Below, one piece after another: positions 27,699 to 35,568 of a DNA stretch of 64,000 nucleotides. A model generated the notes under the pieces. That model was not told where the DNA came from. It made no database searches and saw nothing but the letters and a program-made list of their open reading frames with translations. This DNA comes from an uncultured Eggerthellaceae bacterium (GTDB taxonomy: Bacteria; Actinomycetota; Coriobacteriia; Coriobacteriales; Eggerthellaceae), in the NCBI GenBank assembly GCA_958454405.1, contig CAUEBO010000004.1:12736-76735 (forward strand), read 5' to 3'. Position 1 is the stretch's first letter; the number at the start of each line of letters is the position of its first letter. Position numbers and translations under genes: made by a program.

Positions 27699-28685
27699 AT
27701 GAACACTGGACGACAGAAGCTGAAACTGCTCTACCTCATGAGGATGCTCGTGGATGAAACCGATGCCGATCAGGGCCTCACGATGCAGCAGATCCTTGAG
27801 AAGCTTGCGGAGCAGGGCATATCCGCCGAGCGAAAATCCATCTACCGCGACATCGAGGCGCTGCGGGAATTCGGCCTCGACGTGCGAACGTATCAGCGCG
27901 CGCCAATCGAGTACGCGGTGGAAGAGCGCGATTTCGCGCTTCCCGAGCTGCTTTTGCTCGTCGATGCCGTCCAGAGCTCCCGGTTCCTCACACAGGGCAA
28001 GAGCGACTCGCTCGTGGAGGGCATCAGGCGGCTCGCTTCGGTTCGCCAGCGTTCGCTCCTCGACAAGCGCGTGCACGTGGAAGGGCGCATCAAGGCGCAG
28101 AACGAATCGGTGTTCTACAACGTCGACCGCATCCAGGAGGCCATTGCGCGTCGCAGGAAGCTGTCGTTTCGGTACTGCAAGCACGACGCATCGAAGCGAA
28201 AAGTCGCCCAGCATGGCGGCGAGCCGTACGTGGAGACGCCGGTGCAGCTCGTGTATTCGGAGGGGTGCTACTACCTGGTGGCGTTCAACGAGAAGCACGA
28301 CGGGTTCGCGAATTACCGCGTGGACCGCATGGAGCGGATCGCGGTGCTCGACGAGCCCGCGTGCCGAAACGAGCGGATAGCCACCTTCGACGTCCAGCAG
28401 CTTGAGAGCCGCGCCTTCGGCATGTACAGCGGGGAGCCGGTCGCGGCCACGTTCATCGTGGAGGAAGAGGCCATGAGCTCGGTGATCGACCGGTTCGGCG
28501 AGGATGTGCAATCCAGCGCCGCCGGCCCGACTTCGGCGCGGATCCACGCCGTGGTCATGAAAAGCCCGGTCTTCTTCGGCTGGCTGGCCCAGTTCGGCGA
28601 TCGCGTGCGCATCGAGAAGCCGAAGGCCCTCGCCGACGAGTACCGGCGGTACCTGGCGGGCATTGTCGAGGCGTACGAGGGGTAG
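27699..28685 (+). CDS. HTH plus WYL domain transcriptional regulator
   Basis: N-terminal KLKLLYLMRMLVDETD..LTMQQILEKL..SIYRDIEALREFG (HTH). Central region: CYYLVAFNEKHDGFANYRVDRMERI (WYL-type). The C-terminal extension is WCX-like. Confidence 0.8.
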   Translation: MNTGRQKLKLLYLMRMLVDETDADQGLTMQQILEKLAEQGISAERKSIYRDIEALREFGLDVRTYQRAPIEYAVEERDFALPELLLLVDAVQSSRFLTQGKSDSLVEGIRRLASVRQRSLLDKRVHVEGRIKAQNESVFYNVDRIQEAIARRRKLSFRYCKHDASKRKVAQHGGEPYVETPVQLVYSEGCYYLVAFNEKHDGFANYRVDRMERIAVLDEPACRNERIATFDVQQLESRAFGMYSGEPVAATFIVEEEAMSSVIDRFGEDVQSSAAGPTSARIHAVVMKSPVFFGWLAQFGDRVRIEKPKALADEYRRYLAGIVEAYEG

Positions 28686-28801
28686 AGGCTCGCCGGCCCG
28701 GTGCGATCGGGGGGTGAAGCGGGCGGCTCCGCTGCCATGGAGCCCTTCGGGCCGTCTTTTCGCTGCGGAGCCGGCCAGGCCGGGCCCGCCGGGGTCGCGG
28801 A

Positions 28802-29359
28802 TCAACCGGCGAGGGCGATGGAGGGGATGGGTTCTCCTTCGAGGACGAAACCGATGCCCGTGCTGCTCACGCGGAACGCCCCGCCGTCTTCGAGCAGCAC
28901 CTGGACGGACGTGGGCAGTCCGTTCGGCCCTTCGTTGAATGCGATCTCCGTCACGCGGGATCCGCTGGCGTACGAGCAGGGTCGAAAGCTTTTCCAACGC
29001 AGCGATCGAGAGCCGCCCCCATCGCGCCCGCAGGCTCCCGCCGACCCGAACGCGATGGGGGAGCGGGTGTCGACGCTTCCGAAGAAGAGCGCGATGTGCG
29101 GCCCTTTCATGGCGAAGATGGCGGCATCGAGCTCTTCGAACCTGATGAGCGTTGGGGCGTCGGCAAGCCAACAGCCAGCCCCCTCGTCCCAAACCGCAAG
29201 GACATCGACGACGGGCGATCCTGCGATCAAGCGCGCTTGGCGCTTGTTGTCCTCGAAGAGGCCGCGCGCGTCGTCGAACCAACGACGATAGAGCCTCGCG
29301 AACGCCGAAGCGGCTTCAAGCGCCTTGGCGGGCTGGGCGGTTGCAGGTGCGGTGTGCAT
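28802..29359 (-). CDS. Hypothetical protein (185 aa), no recognisable motif
   Basis: RBS GAGGAGA lies before ATG 29359. It follows the XRE-type gene on the same strand, 86 nt downstream. Confidence 0.4.
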   Translation of the reverse strand: MHTAPATAQPAKALEAASAFARLYRRWFDDARGLFEDNKRQARLIAGSPVVDVLAVWDEGAGCWLADAPTLIRFEELDAAIFAMKGPHIALFFGSVDTRSPIAFGSAGACGRDGGGSRSLRWKSFRPCSYASGSRVTEIAFNEGPNGLPTSVQVLLEDGGAFRVSSTGIGFVLEGEPIPSIALAG

Positions 29360-29445
29360 GGGCGTCTCCTCTGTCGATAGTGCGTGCAGCACGCATGATA
29401 TCGACGGAAGGAAGCGCGGGTGTACGACTATTGGGATAGTCGTTG

Positions 29446-29895
29446 CTACCCGTCCCATCGTTTGAGGTGGGGCAGAAGGGCTCCCATGAACGACACCGCC
29501 TCGTCGCTGGTGATATGGCAGGATTCGGCCATGAACGGCGCGCACCGCTCGATGAGGTCCTCCATCGATTCGTCTTCGATGAAGGCTCCCTCGCGGTAGC
29601 ACCACGAACAGAAGTCGGAGGATGGTGCGCCGTCCTTCTCGGTGCCGTGGTCCTTCTCTTGGTAGAACGGCATGCCGCAGCTTTGGCAATAGTCGCTGTC
29701 GGGCATTTCGAGCAGGCGCGTCACGGGAACGTCGAACGTGGCCGCGATCAGCTTGCACATGTCGATGCCCGGCGTGGTCTCGCCCGTTTCCCAGCGCGAG
29801 ACGGCCTGGCGGGTGACGTAGAGGCTGCGCGCCATGTCCTGCTGCGTGAGGCCCTTCTCCTTGCGTATGTCAACAAGCACTGCTCCTATGGCCAT
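29446..29895 (-). CDS. XRE-family HTH protein with C-terminal putative zinc ribbon
   Basis: GLTQQDMARSLYVTRQAVSRWETGETTP (HTH_3), then YCQSCGMPF...DFCSWCY (CxxC..CxxC). RBS AAAGGAA. Confidence 0.8.
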   Translation of the reverse strand: MAIGAVLVDIRKEKGLTQQDMARSLYVTRQAVSRWETGETTPGIDMCKLIAATFDVPVTRLLEMPDSDYCQSCGMPFYQEKDHGTEKDGAPSSDFCSWCYREGAFIEDESMEDLIERCAPFMAESCHITSDEAVSFMGALLPHLKRWDG

Positions 29896-30294
29896 GGCGG
29901 TTCCTTTCAACCGGGGCGGTCGCGTTCGATTTTCGGCGGGCGGCTCGCGTGCAAAAGCGAAGCCCACCGCTCCATTGAACCATGGCGTGCAAGACGCGTA
30001 AAGCAACGGCTCGTTGCGGGCCTGTCGAAGCGTGCTGGCGGCGGGCTCGGACCGCTTTCCGACAGGCCCGGCCGGGCGGCGGTGCGGTGGAGATTGCTTC
30101 TCGCGACGGCGGTCCGGATGCACTATCCTGTAACGAAGCGTCATGCGCCATCTGCTCATGCATGGCTTTGGAATTCGAGAGCGGCGGCGCTTTGCTGTTG
30201 GCCGAACAATGGGAACGTTCCGCGGGATGCTGCTGCGGCCTGCTGGGTTTGCAGGCGCTCGGCGGCGAAAAAGGGCTTGAAGAAAGGAACCGAG

Positions 30295-30897
30295 ATGAAC
30301 CTGATCTGCCTCGATCTGGAAGGCGTGTTGGTCCCCGAGATATGGATTGCGTTCGCCGAGGAGACCGGCATCCCCGAGCTCACGCGCACGACGCGCGACG
30401 AGCCGGACTACGACAAGCTCATGGAGTTTCGTCTGGGCGTCCTGCGAGAGCATGGGCTGGGCCTCAAGGAGATACAGGAGACCATCGCCGCCATCGATCT
30501 GCTGCCCGGCGCGAAGGAGTTTCTGGACGAGTTGCGGGAACTGACGCAGGTGATCATCATCAGCGACACGTTCACGCAGTTCGCCATGCCGCTGATGAAG
30601 AAGCTCGGTTGGCCGACGATCTTCTGCAACGAGCTTGTGGTGGCGCCCGACGGGGAGATCGCCGGTTTCAAGATGCGCTGCGAGCAGAGCAAGCTCACCA
30701 CGGTGCGCGCGCTGCAGTCCTGCGGGTTCGACACCATCGCCGCCGGAGACAGCTTCAACGACCTCGGCATGATCCAGGCGAGCAAGGCGGGCTTCCTGTT
30801 CAAGAGCACCGATGCCATCAAGGCCGACTACCCCGACCTTCCCGCGTATGAGGAGTACGCCGACCTGCTGGAGGCCATCAAGCGGGAGCTTTCGTAA
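30295..30897 (+). CDS. thrH: ThrH-type phosphoserine phosphatase/homoserine phosphotransferase (HAD family)
   Basis: MNLICLDLEGVLVPEIWIAFAEETGI nearly matches the Pseudomonas ThrH N-terminus as I recall it, and AAGDSFNDLGM is also present. The track ORF start at 29443 is antisense to the XRE gene. Confidence 0.85.
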   Translation: MNLICLDLEGVLVPEIWIAFAEETGIPELTRTTRDEPDYDKLMEFRLGVLREHGLGLKEIQETIAAIDLLPGAKEFLDELRELTQVIIISDTFTQFAMPLMKKLGWPTIFCNELVVAPDGEIAGFKMRCEQSKLTTVRALQSCGFDTIAAGDSFNDLGMIQASKAGFLFKSTDAIKADYPDLPAYEEYADLLEAIKRELS

Positions 30898-31042
30898 GAG
30901 GGCTCGGTGCGAACAGGGGGCGGACATGGCCCACGCGGGAGGTTCGCACCGAAAAAGGCGCTGTTCGCGGATGTTCGCCTCGATCCACGATGCGGATCGT
31001 GTTGTGACAACAGCATATTGTAGGGAAGGAATCGCAGTTGCG

Positions 31043-31144
31043 GTCGGGATCCCGTGTGGGCTCCGAGGATTGAAATTCGATGGAGACGCTGCTTCAGTTC
31101 GCGCGCTACGTCGGGATCCCGTGTGGGTCCCGAGGATTGAAATT
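31043..31144 (+). CRISPR. Orphan CRISPR-like mini-array: two 35-nt repeats, one 32-nt spacer; possible degenerate third repeat at 31175
   Basis: Repeats GTCGGGATCCCGTGTGGG(CT/TC)CCGAGGATTGAAATT lie at 31043-31077 and 31110-31144 (period 67). The internal hairpin is CGGGA(T)CCC-GTGT-GGGTCCCG. The ATTGAAAT 3' end is typical of type I-C/I-B repeats. No cas genes are in the window. Confidence 0.6.
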
Positions 31145-31406
31145 GGCGTCCATCTCGCGTTGGCGGCGCAGGAGGTCGGGTCTCGCAAAACGGATATTCC
31201 CGCTGCAACGATATCGCAGCAGCCTGTTCGCGTCTTCGCGGAGGTGAAGGGAAATAAATGGCCTTGGATTCGGCACCGCCGTCCCGTCCTCGTGTAGAAT
31301 CATCACAAGCCTTTCGAGTGCATATCGTGCGAATGCTCCCTTCGGTCTTCCGCTGGCTCGCACCGGCACGAACGGCATATGCGGTATTTCGCGAAGGAGC
31401 GGTGCC

Positions 31407-31997
31407 ATGAAGAAGGAACTCGTATCGGAGCTTACCCGTCAAGAGCTGGCCGCCGCGCTCTTTGCCTTCATGCGGAAGAAGCCGCTCGACAAGATAAGCG
31501 TCAAGGAAGTCTCCGAATCGTGCGGGGTGCCGCGCTCGACCTTCTACTACCACTTCGAGGACATCTACGACCTTGCCTCCTGGGCCCTTTCCCATCGGCT
31601 GCTTGAATGTCTTGGAGAAAGCGGCGACTGCTTTTTATGGGGCGACGGGGTGCTCACGCTGTTTCAGCGCTGCAAGGAGCATCGCGAGGTCTGCCGCTGC
31701 GCGGTGGACAGCATCCATGTGTGGCAGATGGCCAAATCGTACTGCGATCGCTGCATGGACGGCATCATGGTCGGCATGCGGAAACTCGATGGCGATCGGA
31801 ATACCGACCCGGAGTTTCTGCGGTTCCTGGCGCTGTTCTATGGGCATGCCGTGTTGTCGACGCTCATCAACTGGTTCCGCGGGGACATGAAGGAAACGCC
31901 GGAAGCCATGGCGGACGCCGTTGATTTCATCGTGAAAGACGGCATCGTCGCCGCGCTTGACCGCGCGCAGGGCAAGCGCGGCGCTTCGCCGGCGTAG
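31407..31997 (+). CDS. TetR/AcrR family transcriptional regulator (DhaS-like)
   Basis: ISVKEVSESCGVPRSTFYYHFEDIYDL is the HTH. RBS AAGGAG. Confidence 0.85.
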   Translation: MKKELVSELTRQELAAALFAFMRKKPLDKISVKEVSESCGVPRSTFYYHFEDIYDLASWALSHRLLECLGESGDCFLWGDGVLTLFQRCKEHREVCRCAVDSIHVWQMAKSYCDRCMDGIMVGMRKLDGDRNTDPEFLRFLALFYGHAVLSTLINWFRGDMKETPEAMADAVDFIVKDGIVAALDRAQGKRGASPA

Positions 31998-32328
31998 ATG
32001 AGGATGCTTCGGCCTCATGCCGTTCTTTGGACACATCGGTGGCTTTGATCGGTAATAGAACAACCGAACCTCTCCGTACCAAAAGCAATCGTTTTCGCAC
32101 AGCTGTTTCGTAACGCTGCATTGAGCGGTCTATTGCCTATGGTGAACGGTCTTCATCCGCCGTATCGTGAAGGCATCGGAAGGGGACATTGCCGAAGGCG
32201 GGCTGTCGGGTAGAGACGGGATCGCAATGCGCCGGCACCATTCCCTTGCCGTATGGCATGCACGGGCGAGCGTGCGTCAAAGCGTTCGCCCATGCTGAAT
32301 GTTCGCGAGGAAGGGACGGTGCTCAACC

Positions 32329-33492
32329 ATGTGGTATCTCAATGACGAGCGAGAACTCATGCGCAACTCGGCGCGTGAATTTGCCGAGAACGAGCTTGCG
32401 CCGATTGCGCTGGAGCTTGACGCAGGCGAGGAGTTTCCGCTCAAGCAGTTCAAGCGAGCCGGAGAGCTCGGCATGCTCGGCATCACCATGCCCCAGGAAT
32501 ACGGCGGGCTGGGATCCGACTACACGACGCTCGCCTTGGTCTACGAGGAAATAGCGAAGGTTGCGCCGACCATGTGCGTGGGCATGGGCGCTCACAGCAT
32601 TCTTGCAGGCGAGCTTATCATGCTGCTGGGAAACGACGAGCAGAAGAGGAAGTACCTGGCACCGGCCGCCACCGGCGAAAAAATTCTCGCGTGCGCCCAA
32701 ACCGAGTCCATCGGGGCGATGGACCACACGGAATGGAGCTGCCGTGCCGTGGATGACGGCGACCAGTTCGTCATCAACGGCGAGAAGATATTCTGCAGCA
32801 ATCTGGGCGTGGCCGACGCCTACGTCGTGCTGTGCGTGACGGCCGACAAGGTCGACCCGGTTACGAAGCAGGGCATCAGCGCCATCATCGTCGACGCCGA
32901 TGCGCCCGGCCTTTTGTGCGGCGAGTACGAGAAGAAGCTCGGCTGGCATGGATCGGCGACCGGCACGCTCTCGTTCACCGATTGCCGCGTGCCGAAGGAG
33001 AACCTGCTCGGCGCGTTGGGCGGCGGCATGATAGGGCTTATGACATCGGCCACCAACGAGTTCATGACCTGCGGCCCGATCGGGCTCGGCATGGCGGAGG
33101 GCGTCTACAACATGGCGCTTGAGCATGCGCGCAACCGCATGCAGCGAGGCAAATCCCTCTACGACAACTACCAGGTGGTCCGCCATATGCTCGTGGATAT
33201 GTGGACTCAGATCGAGATGCTGCGCGGGTTCGTGTACAGCGTGTTCGCGGAGAAGGACGAAGGCAAGGCGTGCTTGGCGAAAGGCCGCTTGATGAAGGTG
33301 CAAGGAGCAACGGTCTCCGAATACGTGGCCCGTCAAGCCATCCAGATCTTCGGAGGTTTGGGCGTGGTGAACGAAGTGGGCGTCGAGCGTTTCTGGCGCG
33401 ATGCGAAGGTCATGGCCATTGGCGGTGCCGCTATCGAGGCCCTGCGCGACGACGTGGCGCTCATGATCGGCAACGGCGTGCAGGATCGATAG
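32329..33492 (+). CDS. Acyl-CoA dehydrogenase family protein
   Basis: AREFAENELAPIA, MPQEYGGLG, CAQTESIGAMD, INGEKIFCSN, and QIFGGLG motifs. Confidence 0.85.
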   Translation: MWYLNDERELMRNSAREFAENELAPIALELDAGEEFPLKQFKRAGELGMLGITMPQEYGGLGSDYTTLALVYEEIAKVAPTMCVGMGAHSILAGELIMLLGNDEQKRKYLAPAATGEKILACAQTESIGAMDHTEWSCRAVDDGDQFVINGEKIFCSNLGVADAYVVLCVTADKVDPVTKQGISAIIVDADAPGLLCGEYEKKLGWHGSATGTLSFTDCRVPKENLLGALGGGMIGLMTSATNEFMTCGPIGLGMAEGVYNMALEHARNRMQRGKSLYDNYQVVRHMLVDMWTQIEMLRGFVYSVFAEKDEGKACLAKGRLMKVQGATVSEYVARQAIQIFGGLGVVNEVGVERFWRDAKVMAIGGAAIEALRDDVALMIGNGVQDR

Positions 33493-33600
33493 CGCTGCAA
33501 AGCGTGCGAGAGGGGGTAAAGCGACCTGTCCGGCGCTGCCGGATGTGCCGCTCGAAGAGAAAGGGCGCTTTCGCGCTTCTCAACTGAAAGGATGGACGAT

Positions 33601-34443
33601 ATGTCGAACTGCACCTATGCGAGAACGTCTGAAGAAGTCCAGCGCATGTACAGCACGGTCGGCCAGATGGACAACTGCGAGGGCCTGTTCGCCTCGTGGG
33701 CGACTGATCCCGCGGCCCTCAAGGCCGTTTTGCCGGAGCCCCTTGCCATGATGGCGCCGGTGGTCACGGTGTACTCGGTCAACGTGTACGACGCGAACTT
33801 CGCATCGCCGTACCGCGAGGCGGCGCTGATAATCCCGGTGCTCTGCAACGGCACGCCGGGGCTGTATCCCGTATCCTTCATGCTGGAAGGGGCGGACAAC
33901 GCGGTGTTCGTCGGCCGCGATCAGCTGGGCATGCCGAAGAAGAACGCCGACAAGATCAACCTGTGGCGCAGCGGCGACATGATCCACACCGATATCACCC
34001 GCCTCGGCAGGAAGATCCTCGATCTCGACATGGAGATAGGGGAGTACAACGACCCCATGGCGAACCAGATATTCGGCGATCGCAGCGACTTCAGCACGCC
34101 CCAGGATGGCATGCAGTACTTCTACAAATACGATATGGCGCAGGACGCTCAGGCGCGCATTTCCGTGGACAACGTGCGCTTGCTTTCCTATCACGGCAGC
34201 ATGGACTACCAGACGTGGGAAAACGCAAGCATCGTGCAGGCGATCTGCGAGCCCTCCGACAGCGACCCGTGGGCTATGTTCCCCGTTGCGAAGCCGCTTG
34301 GCGGCAGTTGGACGAAGCTGAGCATCAGCCTGTTGGGCACGCAAGCCGAGACTCCGATCGAGGCGACCGACGAGCTGGTGGGCAAGCTGCTTTCGGGGAA
34401 GTATGACTCGCCGCAGTTCGGGTATCCCACCCGCATGCTGTAG
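33601..34443 (+). CDS. Acetoacetate decarboxylase (ADC) family protein
   Basis: Length and pattern (YREAALIIPV, GRDQLGMPKK) fit the ADC fold family. Starting at 33601 gives better RBS spacing than 33592. Confidence 0.6.
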   Translation: MSNCTYARTSEEVQRMYSTVGQMDNCEGLFASWATDPAALKAVLPEPLAMMAPVVTVYSVNVYDANFASPYREAALIIPVLCNGTPGLYPVSFMLEGADNAVFVGRDQLGMPKKNADKINLWRSGDMIHTDITRLGRKILDLDMEIGEYNDPMANQIFGDRSDFSTPQDGMQYFYKYDMAQDAQARISVDNVRLLSYHGSMDYQTWENASIVQAICEPSDSDPWAMFPVAKPLGGSWTKLSISLLGTQAETPIEATDELVGKLLSGKYDSPQFGYPTRML

Positions 34444-34491
34444 CGTCTGCCGACCCTGCTGTCGAAACGAACAACGAAGAGGAGATCGATC

Positions 34492-35259
34492 ATGTACGAG
34501 CTCAACGGGAAAATAGCTGTCGTAACGGGGGCTTCGAGCGGTTTGGGAGCCGATGCAGCTCGCGCCTACGCGCAGGCTGGGGCGAGCGTCGCGCTGCTGG
34601 CACGGCGAACCGAGCGGCTTGAGGCGCTCGCCGAGGAGCTGGGGGAGAACGGCACCGATGCGCTTGCGGTGCACTGCGACGTACGTTGTGAGGACGACGT
34701 CGAAAGCGCGATCGACGCGGTCATGGACCGCTTCGGCCGCATCGACATCCTGCTGAACAATGCAGGCGTGGCCGTGCGCGGAGGCGTGGACACGCTTACT
34801 GAAGAGGAATGGAATCTTTCGATGGACACCAACGTCAGGGGCATCTACCTGATGTGCAAGCACGTCGTCCCGCATATGATCGAGCAGGAGTACGGCAAGA
34901 TCGTCAACGTCGCCTCCGTGAACGCGGTCATTGCCGACAAGCAGGACGTGTTCATCCGCCACGGCTACAACACGTCGAAATCGGCCGTGCTGGGGCTTAC
35001 GCGCGGCATGGCGGCAAGCTACGGCAAGCACAACATCACGGTGAACGCGGTGGGACCCGGCTTGTTCGAAAGCGAGATGACGGCGGATACGCTGTTCAAA
35101 AACGAGCAGTTCCTCCAGGGCTACAGCATGCAGTGCCCCCTCAACCGCCCCGGCGCGAAGGGCGAAGTGTCGGGTCCGGTGCTGTTCTTCTCAAGCGATG
35201 CGTCGAGTTACGTGACGGGCGAATTCATCATCATCGACGGAGGTTCGAGCATCGTTTGA
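34492..35259 (+). CDS. SDR family oxidoreductase
   Basis: VVTGASSGLG, NNAG, and the catalytic YNTSK. RBS GAGGAG. Confidence 0.9.
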   Translation: MYELNGKIAVVTGASSGLGADAARAYAQAGASVALLARRTERLEALAEELGENGTDALAVHCDVRCEDDVESAIDAVMDRFGRIDILLNNAGVAVRGGVDTLTEEEWNLSMDTNVRGIYLMCKHVVPHMIEQEYGKIVNVASVNAVIADKQDVFIRHGYNTSKSAVLGLTRGMAASYGKHNITVNAVGPGLFESEMTADTLFKNEQFLQGYSMQCPLNRPGAKGEVSGPVLFFSSDASSYVTGEFIIIDGGSSIV

Positions 35260-35318
35260 CATAGTCTGCGACGCCGCATGCTGGTTTCGGGCCGCATGCG
35301 TCCGAAACGGATTTTACG

Positions 35319-35362
35319 GAGCCTTCTGGCAGCGCCTCGCGGCGTTTCCGGGAGGCTCTTTT
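35319..35362 (+). terminator. Candidate intrinsic terminator after the SDR gene
   Basis: GAGCCT...AGGCTC stem followed by TTTT, preceded by a second hairpin GTTTCGG..CCGAAAC at 35284-35308. Confidence 0.4.
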
Positions 35363-35568
35363 GGGTCTCTGGGATCAGCCGGTTGACGGCAGGTTTCTGC
35401 TGCCCAGGCGTTCCATGCACACCGAAGCGGCAGCCATTCACGGGAGCGGCGCGCGTTCTCTTGACGGTTGTTCGAGTTTGGTGGATAGTGCCATGGTGCC
35501 TGTCCTTATGCAAGGATGGGGGATAATACGAACTGAGCTGTCCTGCGACGAGCAGTGGGGGAAGAGCG

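Noticed and set aside
29443-30294. An N-terminal 284-aa extension of thrH in the track ORF.
   Set aside because: It is antisense to the XRE/zinc-ribbon gene and intergenic DNA. ThrH homology begins exactly at MNLICLDLEG (30295), which is preceded by an RBS.
31175-31209. A third CRISPR repeat.
   Set aside because: Only the first 6 nt and a few scattered positions match, although the spacing (65 nt) is roughly right. It is mentioned as possible terminal-repeat decay but not counted.
35260-35568. A possible Moco riboswitch upstream of the formate dehydrogenase genes.
   Set aside because: I could not find the conserved Moco-motif core by eye. The hairpins there are better explained as terminators of the SDR operon.
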